Assembly: GCA_002269645.1 (NCBI GenBank)
Contig: NIVC01000352.1
Span: forward strand, 496,001-560,000
DNA length: 64,000 nt
Direction: 5' to 3'
Source: Macrostomum lignano
Lineage: Eukaryota
In this document: positions 50,057 to 64,000 of the stretch, piece by piece
How positions within the stretch are numbered: the first letter of the stretch is position 1
Layout: each line of letters begins with the position of its first letter
Notes under the pieces: generated by a model
Database searches by the model: none
Told to the model about the DNA's origin: nothing
The model's input: the letters and a program-made list of their open reading frames with translations, nothing else
Program-made: the position numbers and the translations under genes

Positions 50057-50804
50057 GACTGAATCTGCTAATGTAGAAAGATATTTTCACTCGTACGAGC
50101 TACCTCTACGCATCGAAAGATGGTCCTTGCTCTGGGTAGTGTAAAATTAGATGACTAGATGTACGCTACATATCGGCAATATCTGTTTATTTTATGTCGT
50201 CGTACATTTACGTGCAAGCAGATAGGTATCTAATTCTTCTACTAAATAGAAGACGGCATGTATCCAGCGCTTCTCTCTTCTATCCCCTTTCCCTGTCCCT
50301 CTGCTCTGCTTTGCTTCTGCCGGATAGCTGCCGCATGAAGCTTGTATCGAGTCTGGAATTCGTTTTGAGCACTCTGTTCGATAACTGCACAACAGCTCTT
50401 CTTTCAACAGCAATTACCCTGACTCATCTTGACGCCACTTGAGCTGAAATCGACCCTACTAGAGCTCGAATTGGCGCTACTAGAACTCGTAGTTGCGCTA
50501 CTAGAACTCGAATTAGCGCTAGAATTAGAGCTAGAACTCAAATCAAATTTAAAAACTCAGAGAATTTGACACCAAAGTATTAAATTGTATTCTTGATGAT
50601 CAGAAAGAATGTCAGGGATAGGGTCAGATTGTCAGACAGATTTTCAGCTAAACTGTGCGGCTTGGCAACAATCGAAGTATTTAATGAACAACATAGAAAA
50701 TTTCAAAAGCAAAGTTTTAAACAAAAATTTTCTGACCATTTTTTCGCCAGCTTTAATCTCAGCCAAATTGTTGTCTTTTTTGTCCTCCTTGTTGTTAACT
50801 CGGC

Positions 50805-53842
<3,038 letters not shown>

Positions 53843-53879
53843 CAGATTAGCGGTAGGAAATCCCTGCGGGCTGGTATAG

Positions 53880-54170
53880 TATCCCGGTTGCTGTACTGGG
53901 CATCCCGGTTGCTGTACTGTGCATCCCGGTTGCTGTACTGTGCATCCCGGTTGCTGTACTGTGCATCCCTGTTGCTGTACTGTGCATCTCGGTTGCTGTA
54001 CTGTGCATCCCGGTTGCTGTACTGTGCATCCCGGTTGCTGTACTGTGCATCCCGGTTGCTGTACTGTGCATCCCGGTTGCTGTACTGTGCATCCCGGTTG
54101 CTGTACTGTGCATCCCTGTTGCTGTACTGGGTATCTCATAGTTGTACCGGATATCCTGATTGCTGTACTA
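53880..54170 (+). repeat. 21-bp minisatellite (CATCCCGGTTGCTGTACTGTG)
   Basis: Period 21, just upstream of the minus-strand gene's first coding exon. Confidence 0.92.
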
Positions 54171-55134
54171 TTGGGTACTTTATTTGCTGTACTGGGTGTC
54201 TCAAAATTTTTTATCAAAGTATGAAAGAAAATAGCAAATATTAAGCCGTTTTTTTCTCTAATCGAACACATATATATAGACATCACATTTTTAGTAGCAA
54301 ATTAGTTCACGTATTGCTGTCAGCTTTCTTGCTTCATGTCGGAGATATCACAGCAGGAAATGAAACTGACACAGGAAACTCAATTCGGTGTTCTTTTTAA
54401 TAACGCTTTCATTTTCCTCAGCAGAAGGGCTTCATGGTCCTGCTAAATCCGCCTTATGTAATTTTTAATCAGCAGACTACAAGACTTCTTCAAGACCCTG
54501 ACTCAGTGGCAAAGCAATCACTCTTACCTGCCTGTTCGTCTAGCCTGACACTCGAGCCGGGGCAAGCAGCACAGAAGCAGAAATCTTGCAATGAAAAGAA
54601 AAGATTTCTTTCTGCACCTACTCGCCCTGCGATAGAATCGAGAAGGATTGCGAGGGATTTAGTGGGCGGGTGGGCATCAGCTTATAGAATTTTTGGGAGA
54701 GGATTGACATGAGAGAGCACTGGACATTCGCGCCGACCAATCGCTTGTAGGGGAAGAGGATAGAGCTTAGCGTCTAATCTCAGCATCCCGATTTGTACCT
54801 GTCTCTTCTTTCCTAGGGGATTATGGGAAGATAATAAAAGATACTATAGAAGAAAGCAGGATCTCTCTGAGTCTGACTGAAGCCCGTCTGTGTGTCAAAA
54901 CCTGAATAATCCCCCGCGGCCCAATGATAAGTCCGTCCATGTATTTCGTTGATGAAGCAGCTTAGCCCAGGTGCACAGGTGCCCTTCTAAAAGCATTTTT
55001 GTTTCTGCTTAGTGTTGAAGTGTTGGCGATGCATTCGTAGCAATTTTGTCTCTCAAATCTGTTATTGCTGGCTAGCCAATTTAATACACCGGCAAACTGT
55101 TCACAGAATCCCGATTTCTCCCTCTCTCCCTTCC

Positions 55135-55700
55135 CTACAGCGCCCCTTACCTACAGCGCCCTTATGGCAGTCCATTCCCTACGGCGCCCCCTTCCCTACG
55201 GCGCTCCATTCCCTACGGCGCTCTCTTCCCTACGGCGCTCCTTCCCTACGGCGCTCCATTCCCTACGGCGCTCTCTTCCCTACGGCGCCCCCTTCCTTAC
55301 GGCGCTCCATTCCCTACGGCGCTCTCTTCCCTACGGCACTCTCTTCCCTACGGCGCCCCCTTCCTTACGGCGCTCCATTCCCTACGGCGCTCTCTTCCCT
55401 ACGGCGCTCTCTTCCCTACGGCGCTCTCTTCCCTACGGTGTTCTCTCCCCTACGGTGTTCCCTTCCCTACGGCGCTCTCTTCCCTACGGCGCTCTCTTCC
55501 CTACGGCGCTCTCTTCCCTACGGCGCTCTCTTCCCTACGGCGCTCTCTTCCCTACGGCGCTTCATTCCCTACGGCGCTCTCTTCCCTACGGCGCCCCCTT
55601 CCCTACAGGCTACAGCCGGCACCCCTTCCCTACAGCCGGCGCCCCTTCCCTACAGCCGGCGCCCCTTCCCTACAGCCGGCGCCCCTTCCCTACAGCCGGC
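55135..55700 (+). repeat. ~17-bp C-rich minisatellite (CCCTACGGCGCTCTCTT)
   Basis: Tandem repetition between the head-to-head genes. Confidence 0.92.
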
Positions 55701-56376
55701 GCTCTTTTTCCAGAGTTCTGGCTCACTTAAACTCATTTAGCTGAATTTAAAATCCACTATCTATACGATCGAAAGTTTTGCTTTCGAGAAAGCATTAAAA
55801 TTGTGCATTTTCAAAGTACTGATACCCTATAGTCATTGACCTTAATAACTAACTGCTCGAGTTCATTTCAGCTCGCGAACTTTATTGAGATAGAGCGCAT
55901 TACAGTCCTTGTAGTGGTTCAACGAAGTGACCAAAAATTAGTTTTATCTTCTTACTTAATCTCCTTGGGCTTAATTACATGTATTCGTATCAGAATCAGT
56001 TATTCTTTTTCGCTTGGCAGAAAATAGAACTTTCTCTAGCCCCCATTCCCTTATCGTCAATGTACATTCACGGCAAAGGACGGCAATGTACGGTTTGTTA
56101 CGAACTCTATGGGTGTGGGGGAGGGGTCTGTCCAAATGTACACCCTTCCTAACCAAATAGGAGAGAAGGACGAAGCCTGAAAGTGATATGGACAGAGGGT
56201 CGAGGACTCGGTTTTCGGCTTATTTCATTGCCCTTCACCAGCCCGCAGTCTTAAGACTAAGATAAGCGCAGCGCACTCCCGTCAAAGCTGTGTGCACTGT
56301 AACTAAAACTAAGTGGTGCTTATGCGTTCATCTTTAATTACAGGCAATCAAGCTGAAAAAAGCAATAATCAACAGT

Positions 56377-59300
56377 ATGATAAAACGCCAAATCAATTTA
56401 GTTAGACTGGCGGCGGCACTAATTGAGCTATTATTAATATCGACGGTCTCTTTGATGTCTGCCACCGACGCCGCGACTTGCGTTGAGTGCCCGGCTGGCC
56501 GAGTGTGGAATCCTAACGAACCTGGCTGCACCAAATGTCCCCAGGGTCGCTGCACAGATGTCGGCCAGTGCGCCCGGTGTCCGCCTGGCACTAGCCAGGC
56601 CAAGCCTGGACAGAGGGACTGTCAGCCCTGTCCGGTGGGCATGCACCAGCCTGCGTCCGGCCAGGCCGGCTGCACAGCCTGTCCAGCAGGCGAGGAGGCG
56701 CCCAGCAGAGGCGCCATTAACTGTACCGAATGCCGGCCGGGTTTCAACAAATCCGAGTCCGGCGCACAGCTGTGCGGCGCCTGTCCGGCCGGGAGCTACT
56801 CGGACGAGTTGGCCAGTTTAGAGTGCCAAGTAAAATTGAGGACTGGTGGAAGAAGAATCGTATAGGGGAGAAATGGGAACAGTAGGGGGAGTAGTTGTAG
56901 TAGTAGGGGGAGAATGGGGAACCGTAGGGGAGAATGGGGAACCGCAGGGGAGAATGGGGAACCGTAGGGGGAGAATGGGGAACCGTAGGGGAGAATGGGG
57001 AACCGTAGGGGGAGAATGGGGAACCGTAGGGGGAGAATGGGGAACCGTAGGGGGAGAATGGGGAACCGTAGGGGGAGAATGGGGAACCGTAGGGGAGAAT
57101 GGGAACCGTAGGGGAGAATGGGGAGCCGTAGGGGGAGAATGGGGAACCGTAGGGGAGAATGGGGAACCGTAGGGGGAGAATGGGGAACCGCAGGGGAGAA
57201 TGGGGAACCGTAGGGGGAGAATGGGGAACCGTAGGGGAGAATGGGAACCGTAGGGGGAGAATGGGGAACCGTAGGGGGAGAATGGGGAACCGTAGGGGGA
57301 GAATGGGGAACCGCAGGGGAGAATGGGGAACCGTAGGGGAGAATGGGGAACCGTAGGGGAGAATGGGAACCGTAGGGGAGAATGGGGAACCGTAGGGGGA
57401 GAATGGGGAACCGTAGGGGAGAATGGGAACCGTAGGGGGAGAATGGGGAACCGTAGGGGAGAATGGGAACCGTAGGGGAGAATGGGGAACCGTAGGGGGA
57501 GAATGGGGAACCGTAGGGGAGAATGGGAACCGTAGGGGGAGAATGGGGAACCGTAGGGGGAGAATGGGAACCGTAGGGGGAGAATGGGTAACCGTAGGGG
57601 GAGAATGGGGAACCGTAGGGGAGAATGTCGAACCGTAGGGGGAGAATGGGGAACCGTAGGGGAGAATGGGGAACCGTAGGGGAGAATGGGAACCGTAGGG
57701 GGAGAATGGGGAACCGTAGGGGAGAATGGGGAACCGTAGGGGGAGAATGGGGAACCGTAGGGGAGAATGGGGAACCGTAGGGGGAGAATGGGGAACCGCA
57801 GGGGAGAATGGGGAACCGTAGGGGGAGAATGGGGAACCGTAGGGGAGAATGGGAACCGTAGGGGGAGAATGGGGAACCGTAGGGGGAGAATGGGGAACCG
57901 TAGGGGGAGAATGGGGAACCGCAGGGGAGAATGGGGAACCGTAGGTGAGAATGGGGAACCGTAGGGGAGAATGGGAACCGTAGGGGAGAATGGGGAACCG
58001 TAGGGGGAGAATGGGGAACCGTAGGGGAGAATGGGAACCGTAGGGGGAGAATGGGGAACCGTAGGGGAGAATGGGAACCGTAGGGGAGAATGGGGAACCG
58101 TAGGGGGAGAATGGGGAACCGTAGGGGAGAATGGGAACCGTAGGGGGAGAATGGGGAACCGTAGGGGGAGAATGGGGAACCGCAGGGGAGAATGGGGAAC
58201 CGTAGAGGAGAATGGGGAACCGTAGGGGAGAATGGGAACCGTAGGGGAGAATGGGGAACCGTAGGGGAGAATGGGGAACCGTAGGGGAGAATGGGAACCG
58301 TAGGGGGAGAATGGGGAACCGTAGGGGAGAATGGGAACCGTAGGGGAGAATGGGGAACCGTAGGGGGAGAATGGGTAACCGTAGGGGGAGAATGGGGAAC
58401 CGTAGGGGGAGAATGGGGAACCGTAGGGGAGAATGGGGAACCGTAGGGGGAGAATGGGGAACCGTAGGGGAGAATGGGGAACCGTAGGGGGAGAATGGGG
58501 AACCGTAGGGGAGAATGGGGAACCGTAGGGGGAGAATGGGGAACCGCAGGGGAGAATGGGGAACCGTAGGGGAGAATGGGGAACCGTAGGGGAGAATGGG
58601 AACCGTAGGGGAGAATGGGGAACCGTAGGGGGAGAATGGGAACCGTAGGGGGAGAATGGGGAACCGTAGGGGAGAATGGGGAACCGTAGGGGGAGAATGG
58701 GGAACCGTAGGGGAGAATGTCGAACCGTAGGGGGAGAATGGGGAACCGTAGGGGAGAATGGGGAACCGTAGGGGAGAATGGGAACCGTAGGGGGAGAATG
58801 GGGAACCGTAGGGGAGAATGGGGAACCGTAGGGGGAGAATGGGGAACCGTAGGGGAGAATGGGGAACCGTAGGCGAGAATGGGAACCGTAGGGGGAGAAT
58901 GGGAACCGTAGGGGAGAGTGTCGAACCGTAGGGGAGAATGGGGAACAAACAGTGGGGGAGAATGGGGAACCGTGGGGGAGAATGGGGAACCGTAGGGGAG
59001 AATGGGGAACCGTAGGGGAGAATGGGGAACCGTAGGGGAGAATGGGAACCGTAGGGGGAGAATGGGAACCGTAGGGGGAGAATGGGGAACCGTTGGGGAG
59101 AATGGGAAACCGTAGGCGAGAATGGGAACCGTAGGGGGAGAATGGGAACCGTAGGGGAGAGTGTCGAACCGTAGGGGAGAATGGGGAACAAACAGTGGGG
59201 GAGAAGGGGAACCGTTGGGAAGAAACTGATACATAAGATACATAGAATGAAGGGAAAACTATAGGTGCTTTAATGGGGCTGACAATATCGGGCAGGGGTA

Positions 59301-60097
59301 CGCTTGTCCCACATTCAGATTACTTTCCTTACAAGCGATTGCAATAGTTCATATTGGGTATAAGGCAGGAGCAACTAACTGTAACATAGGTTAGTCTCAT
59401 GCCTCGTCGTCTAATTAGCGCTCTTGAAAAACTTCCACAGCTCTGCCCATCAGGCCAGTTCAGCCACACGGCGGGTCAGTCGGCCTGCCAGCCCTGTCCG
59501 GCGGGCACCTTCGCTAACTGGACCGGCGCCAGCGCCTGTGTGGTCTGCCCAGCCGGGCGGGATCAGAAACACGAAGGCGGCCTTGACTGCCAGGCCTGCA
59601 GGCGCGGCTTCTACAAAGCCTACCCGGCTGTAGACGACTGCAAGCTGTGCCAGCCCGGCTATTACAATCGGGCCGAGGGCTCCCTGGGCTGCCTGGCCTG
59701 CCCGGCCGGCTACTACTGTCCCCGGCCCTGGGTGGACCCCGAGTCCTGTCCGGCCCTGTCCGTGTGTCCGGCAGGCAGCTACGAGCCAATTCAGTGCCGC
59801 GGTCCTTTCCTGGCCGCTGACAAGTCCAGCAACGCCTGCCAGGCGACCGCCAGTCTGTACGCGGTGCTGTCCGCCTCCGCTATCGTCTCCGTCATTGTCG
59901 GCCTCGCCGTTGCCGGCTACGTGCGCGCTTGGCGCCGGCGCCGGCGCCGTAGAGCCGGTCTTGTCGATGCTAGCGGCGCGGGTGCCGCCGATTTTTCCGA
60001 CTCAATGACTGCGGCGGCGGCGTCGGCAACGGCCGGCAATGAGCGGATGCCGCTGATTAAAGGCGGAGATGGCGGGCCGGTGTACTCCGGTCTGTGA
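56377..60097 (+). CDS. Type I membrane protein with Cys-rich CxxCPxGxY (ephrin-receptor-like / GCC2-GCC3 / TNFR-like) repeats, 369 aa
   Basis: Exons 56377-56829 and 59441-60097 in frame. N-terminal hydrophobic signal (LAAALIELLLISTVSLMSA), repeated C..CP.G motifs, TM LYAVLSASAIVSVIVGLAVAGYV followed by an RRRRRRR stop-transfer, short tail ending VYSGL. Confidence 0.88.
56862..59220 (+). repeat. ~20-21-bp G-rich minisatellite (GGGGAACCGTAGGGGGAGAAT), >100 copies
   Basis: Fills the single intron of the Cys-rich gene; source of two 815-aa pseudo-ORFs. Confidence 0.96.
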
Positions 60098-60147
60098 TGG
60101 GGTGAGCGCCTCGGGCCTGTTCTGCGCATCACACTGGCTCCTGCTGC

Positions 60148-60480
60148 CTCTCCTCTCTCCCTCTCCCTCTCTCCCTCTCCCTCTCCCTCTCTCCCTCTCC
60201 CTGTCTCCCTCTCCCTCTCCCTCTCTTCCTCTCCCTCTCCCTCTCTCCCTCTCCCTCTCTCCCTCTCCCTCTCCCTCTCTCCCTCTCCCTCTCCCTCTCT
60301 CCCTCTCCCTCTCTCCCTCTCCCTCTCCCTCTCTCCCTCTCCCTCTCCCTCTCTCCCTCTCCCTCTCTCCTTCTCCCTCTCCCTCTCCCTCTCTCCCTCT
60401 CCCTCTCCCTCTCTCCCTCTCCATCTCTCCCTCTCCCCTTTCTCCCTCTCTCCCTCTCCCCTTTCTCCCTCTCTCCTTCT
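60148..60480 (+). repeat. Polypyrimidine (CT-rich) low-complexity tract
   Basis: CTCTCC/CTCC iterations. Confidence 0.92.
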
Positions 60481-60642
60481 CTTCCTTTCTACCCTCCCTC
60501 CACTCTCTCGCCATCCGTCCTATCCCTCTTCGCCCATCCGTCCAGTCTCTCTCTCTCTCTCTCTCTCTCCACATCCGCCCAGTCCCTCTCCGTATCTGGT
60601 GTTGCACAAGCTGAAACAGGCACGAGAGGGGTTTCGGTGGCT

Positions 60643-60965
60643 AGGGTGTGAGGTTGGTGTGGAAATGAGGGGTTTTAGGGATAGGGTGTGAGGTGGGTGT
60701 GGAAATGAGGGGTTTTGGGGATAGGGTGTGAGGTGGGTGTGGAAATGAGGGGTTTTGGGGATAGGGTGTGAGGTGGGTGTGGAAATGAGGGGTTTCGGGG
60801 CTAGGGTGTGAGGTGGGTGTGTAAATGAGGGGTTTCGGGGATAGGGTGTGAGGTGGGTGTGGAAATGAGGGGTTTTGGGGATAGGGTGTGAGGTGGGTGT
60901 GGAAATGAGGGGTTTCGGGGCTAGGGTGTGAGGTGGGTGTGGAAATGAGGGGTTTCGGGGCTACA
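60643..60965 (+). repeat. 40-bp G-rich minisatellite (AGGGTGTGAGGTGGGTGTGGAAATGAGGGGTTTTGGGGAT), ~8 copies
   Basis: Period 40. Confidence 0.93.
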
Positions 60966-62679
60966 GTTAGAGGTGGAAATTGGGAGTTTTAAAGCCAGAG
61001 TATGAGTAGGGTGTAAAAATTCAGAAATGATGCTTTGAATAGCACTTTTGTGAGCGAATTTTGGTATCATGCGGGGCTTCTGTCAGAGTTGACAAAGGGG
61101 TAATTAATCAATGAGACTGCATATTTGCTTATTTCCCATAAATGCTTATCCTTTTTAAATTAATTCCAGACAGACAATCGAAAAGCGCAGGACGGCACGC
61201 GAAAAATTGAGTGTATAGAGCAGCCATCGGCACGTTTATTTCCCTCTCGAGTACAGACGGAATCTTCCTATAATTTGCTGCATCGAATCATCCACGTGCA
61301 AAAGCCGCTGGTCTTTCCACTGAGCGTCGTGTATACTTAATTGTGCTCTCATTTCTATTGTTTATTTTTCTACTGATGAAGCTGTGCATTTTCCGGATTT
61401 CACTATTGATTGGAAGCCAATAAAAATCCCTTGAATGCAAAACACTGTCTGTGCAAAGCTCACGAGTAGCTACCGCTAATCAGAATTCGACTTCACTTTC
61501 TGTTCGAGCTGGGACTTTGACCTGTGACAGTGCAGAGGTCAGGATAGACATACTCGTACAGAGAATAACTCTTGCCGAACTCGAAAGATTTGGGCAGCCG
61601 AGAGCAGATCGAGAGTCCCAGATCGAGAGAGAATTTCGCGGGCGGTTGCACAGCGAACAAACTCTATGCTCAGGTGAGCAAATTCTAGCAATTCGATCTC
61701 TCAAATCGGCGTGCATCATTATCCATGGCTTGCAGCGAGTGTGACCTCGGCTACGGATCCACCCTGTGTCCTTGTACTGCATCTTCTTTATGCTTTGTGC
61801 TCGTTCGTTGGATAATTAAATCCCGTCTGTAATAGATAGAGTCTCCCTGCTCTGCCTCAGCTCCCCTTCCTGCGTCGGGTTTTAATACTCATCTGATTTC
61901 CCTGCGTCTTTATGAAGCCGCGTTTTTGGGGGAAGAGACACAGGGGAGAAAGAAATCCGGTGGGTGTCTCCTGTGGCTCAGGCCAGACTAAAAGTGAACC
62001 AAGCGATGCATGGAGAAAACAGCAGACCCCCTTGAAGTATGATACAATTTTTAAGAAGCCAGCAATTTCTTGCTAATTATCGTTCAAACGAAGCAAAAAC
62101 AAGACCGTTTTAATCTGATTAAGTTTCACTGGCTGGTTGAGGTAAGCAGAAACTGTCCGTGGATAAATAGTAGAGCTAGCGTTTTCCTCTAGCCAAGTTA
62201 ACGAGAGCGAAAACAACAAGAATTGGTGAGAAGAGCGGGTAAATAGTACTGGATGTACTTTTCGCTTGTTTCTGTGCGTCAGAAGCTGCATATTTAGCAG
62301 CACGTTTAATCATGCGCGATAGGTAAGCGATATAATAGCACTGAAGCCATAAAAGATATAAGAGTATCGATAATCTTAGAGACTCTTCTCACACAAAGCT
62401 TCGGTAAGAAAGTAAGTTCTGAGATCTTAAACTGTAGATTTCATTTATGCGATTTTATGGTTCACAGAAGAAGGTTAGATAATGCGAGCGTAGTATTAGA
62501 TCTGAGTTCTCTGTGCAGAGAATTATACTTGTGACGCTGTCTATAAGATAAAAAGAATGTATCATTATTTATTAGGAAAGCGACATAGAAATGATTTCAA
62601 ACTGACTCGATGGCCTGATGCACGTTTCATTTTTCTCGGCTTGAACCGAATTCACATCTCTTTCCCCTCTCTTGATTCT

Positions 62680-62940
62680 TATTGGCTGCGACAGATCTGC
62701 TGTAAAGTTGATTTGATTCGGCCTTACCTCCACCCAGTTTGTCTCCCTTCCCCTCTTCTTGCTTCTTATTGGGTGCGAAAATAAGACAATTGGTTTGACT
62801 CAGCCTTATCCCCATCCAGTTTGTCTCCCTCTCTCTTGATTCTGATTGGCTGCGACAGATCTACTGTAAATTTGATTTGACCCAGGCTTACCCCCACCCA
62901 GTTTGTCGCCCCTTCTCTCTCTTAAATCTTATTGGCTGAT
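62680..62940 (+). repeat. Imperfect direct repeats (CTTATTGGCTGCGACAGATCT..TGTAAA.TTGATTTGA..CCCAGTTTGTC)
   Basis: Two longer copies plus partial units downstream of the PKD2-like stop. Confidence 0.7.
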
Positions 62941-63042
62941 AGTTCATTTTAAGTTATCAAGTGTCATATGCAGCTTGTATTGATAAGGCTACATCGTGGC
63001 TGGTGGCAGCGGATCCCAATCAAATTCGAGCCAGCCAGGCAG

Positions 63043-64000
63043 TCACTGCTGCTCAGGTTTCCCAACACCGGCCGCTGGCGAATCCCATTGACGAAGTTCC
63101 TGCTGAAGCTGCTCCATCAGATTGAGTCTAGATACCTCAGGCGACCCAGACAAAGGAGCCCTCACAAGCTTCAGCATTCGGTATAGCGACGTGCGGCGCT
63201 CGAGTCGGAGCCGTTCCAGCCTCTCGAGCGTCATCAGCACTCGATCGATGCTGCTGAGCGCGCCGCCGACCCGGCCTTCCAGACGGTCGACGCGCCGCGT
63301 TAGGAACGCCAGCTCGTCGCGCGAAGCCGGTTCGCCACGAAAGCCGGACCGCAATCCCGGAGCTCCGGCGTCCTCGTCTAAAACGGAGCAGGCGGCGTCC
63401 GAGCCGACTTCGAACGACGTTTCAACCTGGTCGGGTGCCGGCGCCGCTCCGGTGATTTCGCGGTCCAGTTTCATCTGCGGGATTTCAAAATTGAGACTCT
63501 CTTGGCCCTCATATCGCTGCCAGACAGATAGAATCCCTGCGATAGAAAGAGCTCACCTTTTCACCCTCCAAGTCGCGTCGCATTTGCATTCGCTCGGCCG
63601 CGCTTAACACTTGGTCTCCGTCGGCGTCGTATTTCGCGAACAGGGCCTCGATCTCGGCATCGGCAAAGCCGCGTCTGCGTGCGTGAGCGTTTTGGAGCAT
63701 TTGGCGCTTCTTTTAGAAGAAAATTCGATACTTTGAGGATCCTTGCTGTAACCAACAAAAGTGAACTGATAAGCATGGTTGTAAGACAACATTGCCGAAG
63801 GCGTTGCGCCAGGGTGCCCACAGCCCCCTTGCAGTTATTACTATTAGTATTATAGGGAGACAGGACAGCTAGTCTCCGATAGCTAAGCGCATTCAAAAGC
63901 TTGCACGATCGCAACTCACTGCCTCAGTTGATTACGCCAGCCTTCAAAGTTCACGGTCGCTTCGTCGCCGCACTGCAGCACAGCCCGCTGAATATCCAGC
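63043..64000 (-). CDS. PKD2: Polycystin-2 (TRPP2)-like channel, C-terminal cytoplasmic region, 5'-partial
   Basis: Minus-strand exons 64000-63920, 63674-63557 and 63474-63043. Peptides [48 protein letters not shown] (EF-hand) and [34 protein letters not shown] (coiled coil) match PKD2/PKD2L tails. Orthology versus PKD2L paralogues is unresolved. Confidence 0.85.

Noticed and set aside
56744-59243. Two 815-aa minus-strand Pro-rich ORFs
   Set aside because: They are translations of the G-rich intronic minisatellite and have no coding signature.
61180-62400. Short ORFs (61451-61744, 61480-61782, 62073-62303) as a gene or transposon relic
   Set aside because: No recognisable domain, consistent splice pattern or terminal repeats.

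Overview
Eukaryotic (metazoan) genomic DNA. Nearly every larger intron is filled with its own minisatellite, (GACA)n tracts are abundant, and exons carry poly-Ala/Gly/Gln inserts. This style resembles the flatworm Macrostomum lignano (inference, not proven). Left to right: (1) the 3' part of NF1/neurofibromin (+, 20 exons in the window, stop at 28254; RasGAP catalytic motifs intact, but there is a 1-nt frameshift near 5947-5950). (2) A complete 6-exon, 494-aa divergent AGC-type kinase nested on the same strand inside a 10.6-kb NF1 intron. (3) SMG6/EST1A (+, 7 coding exons, 1294 aa, EBM-like motifs, TPR and PIN domains), beginning only about 230 bp after the NF1 poly(A) signal. (4) Antisense in the intron after the first SMG6 coding exon, a 6.9-kb LTR retroelement with apparently identical 917-bp LTRs, a 4-bp TSD (CGTC), PBS and PPT. 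It has no protease/RT/RNase H/integrase core. It encodes a Gag(CCHC)-Env-like fusion ending in an integrase-tail-like peptide, plus two paralogous cargo ORFs, each with two tandem SIAH-like C3HC4 RING fingers. A decayed dUTPase lies next to it. (5) A 4-exon minus-strand gene of unknown family. (6) A Cys-rich type I membrane protein gene (+). (7) The 3' end of a PKD2/polycystin-2-like gene (-). The RING-carrying, Pol-less, Env-bearing LTR element is the strongest candidate for an undescribed system. All homology calls come from motif recognition by eye; no searches were run.
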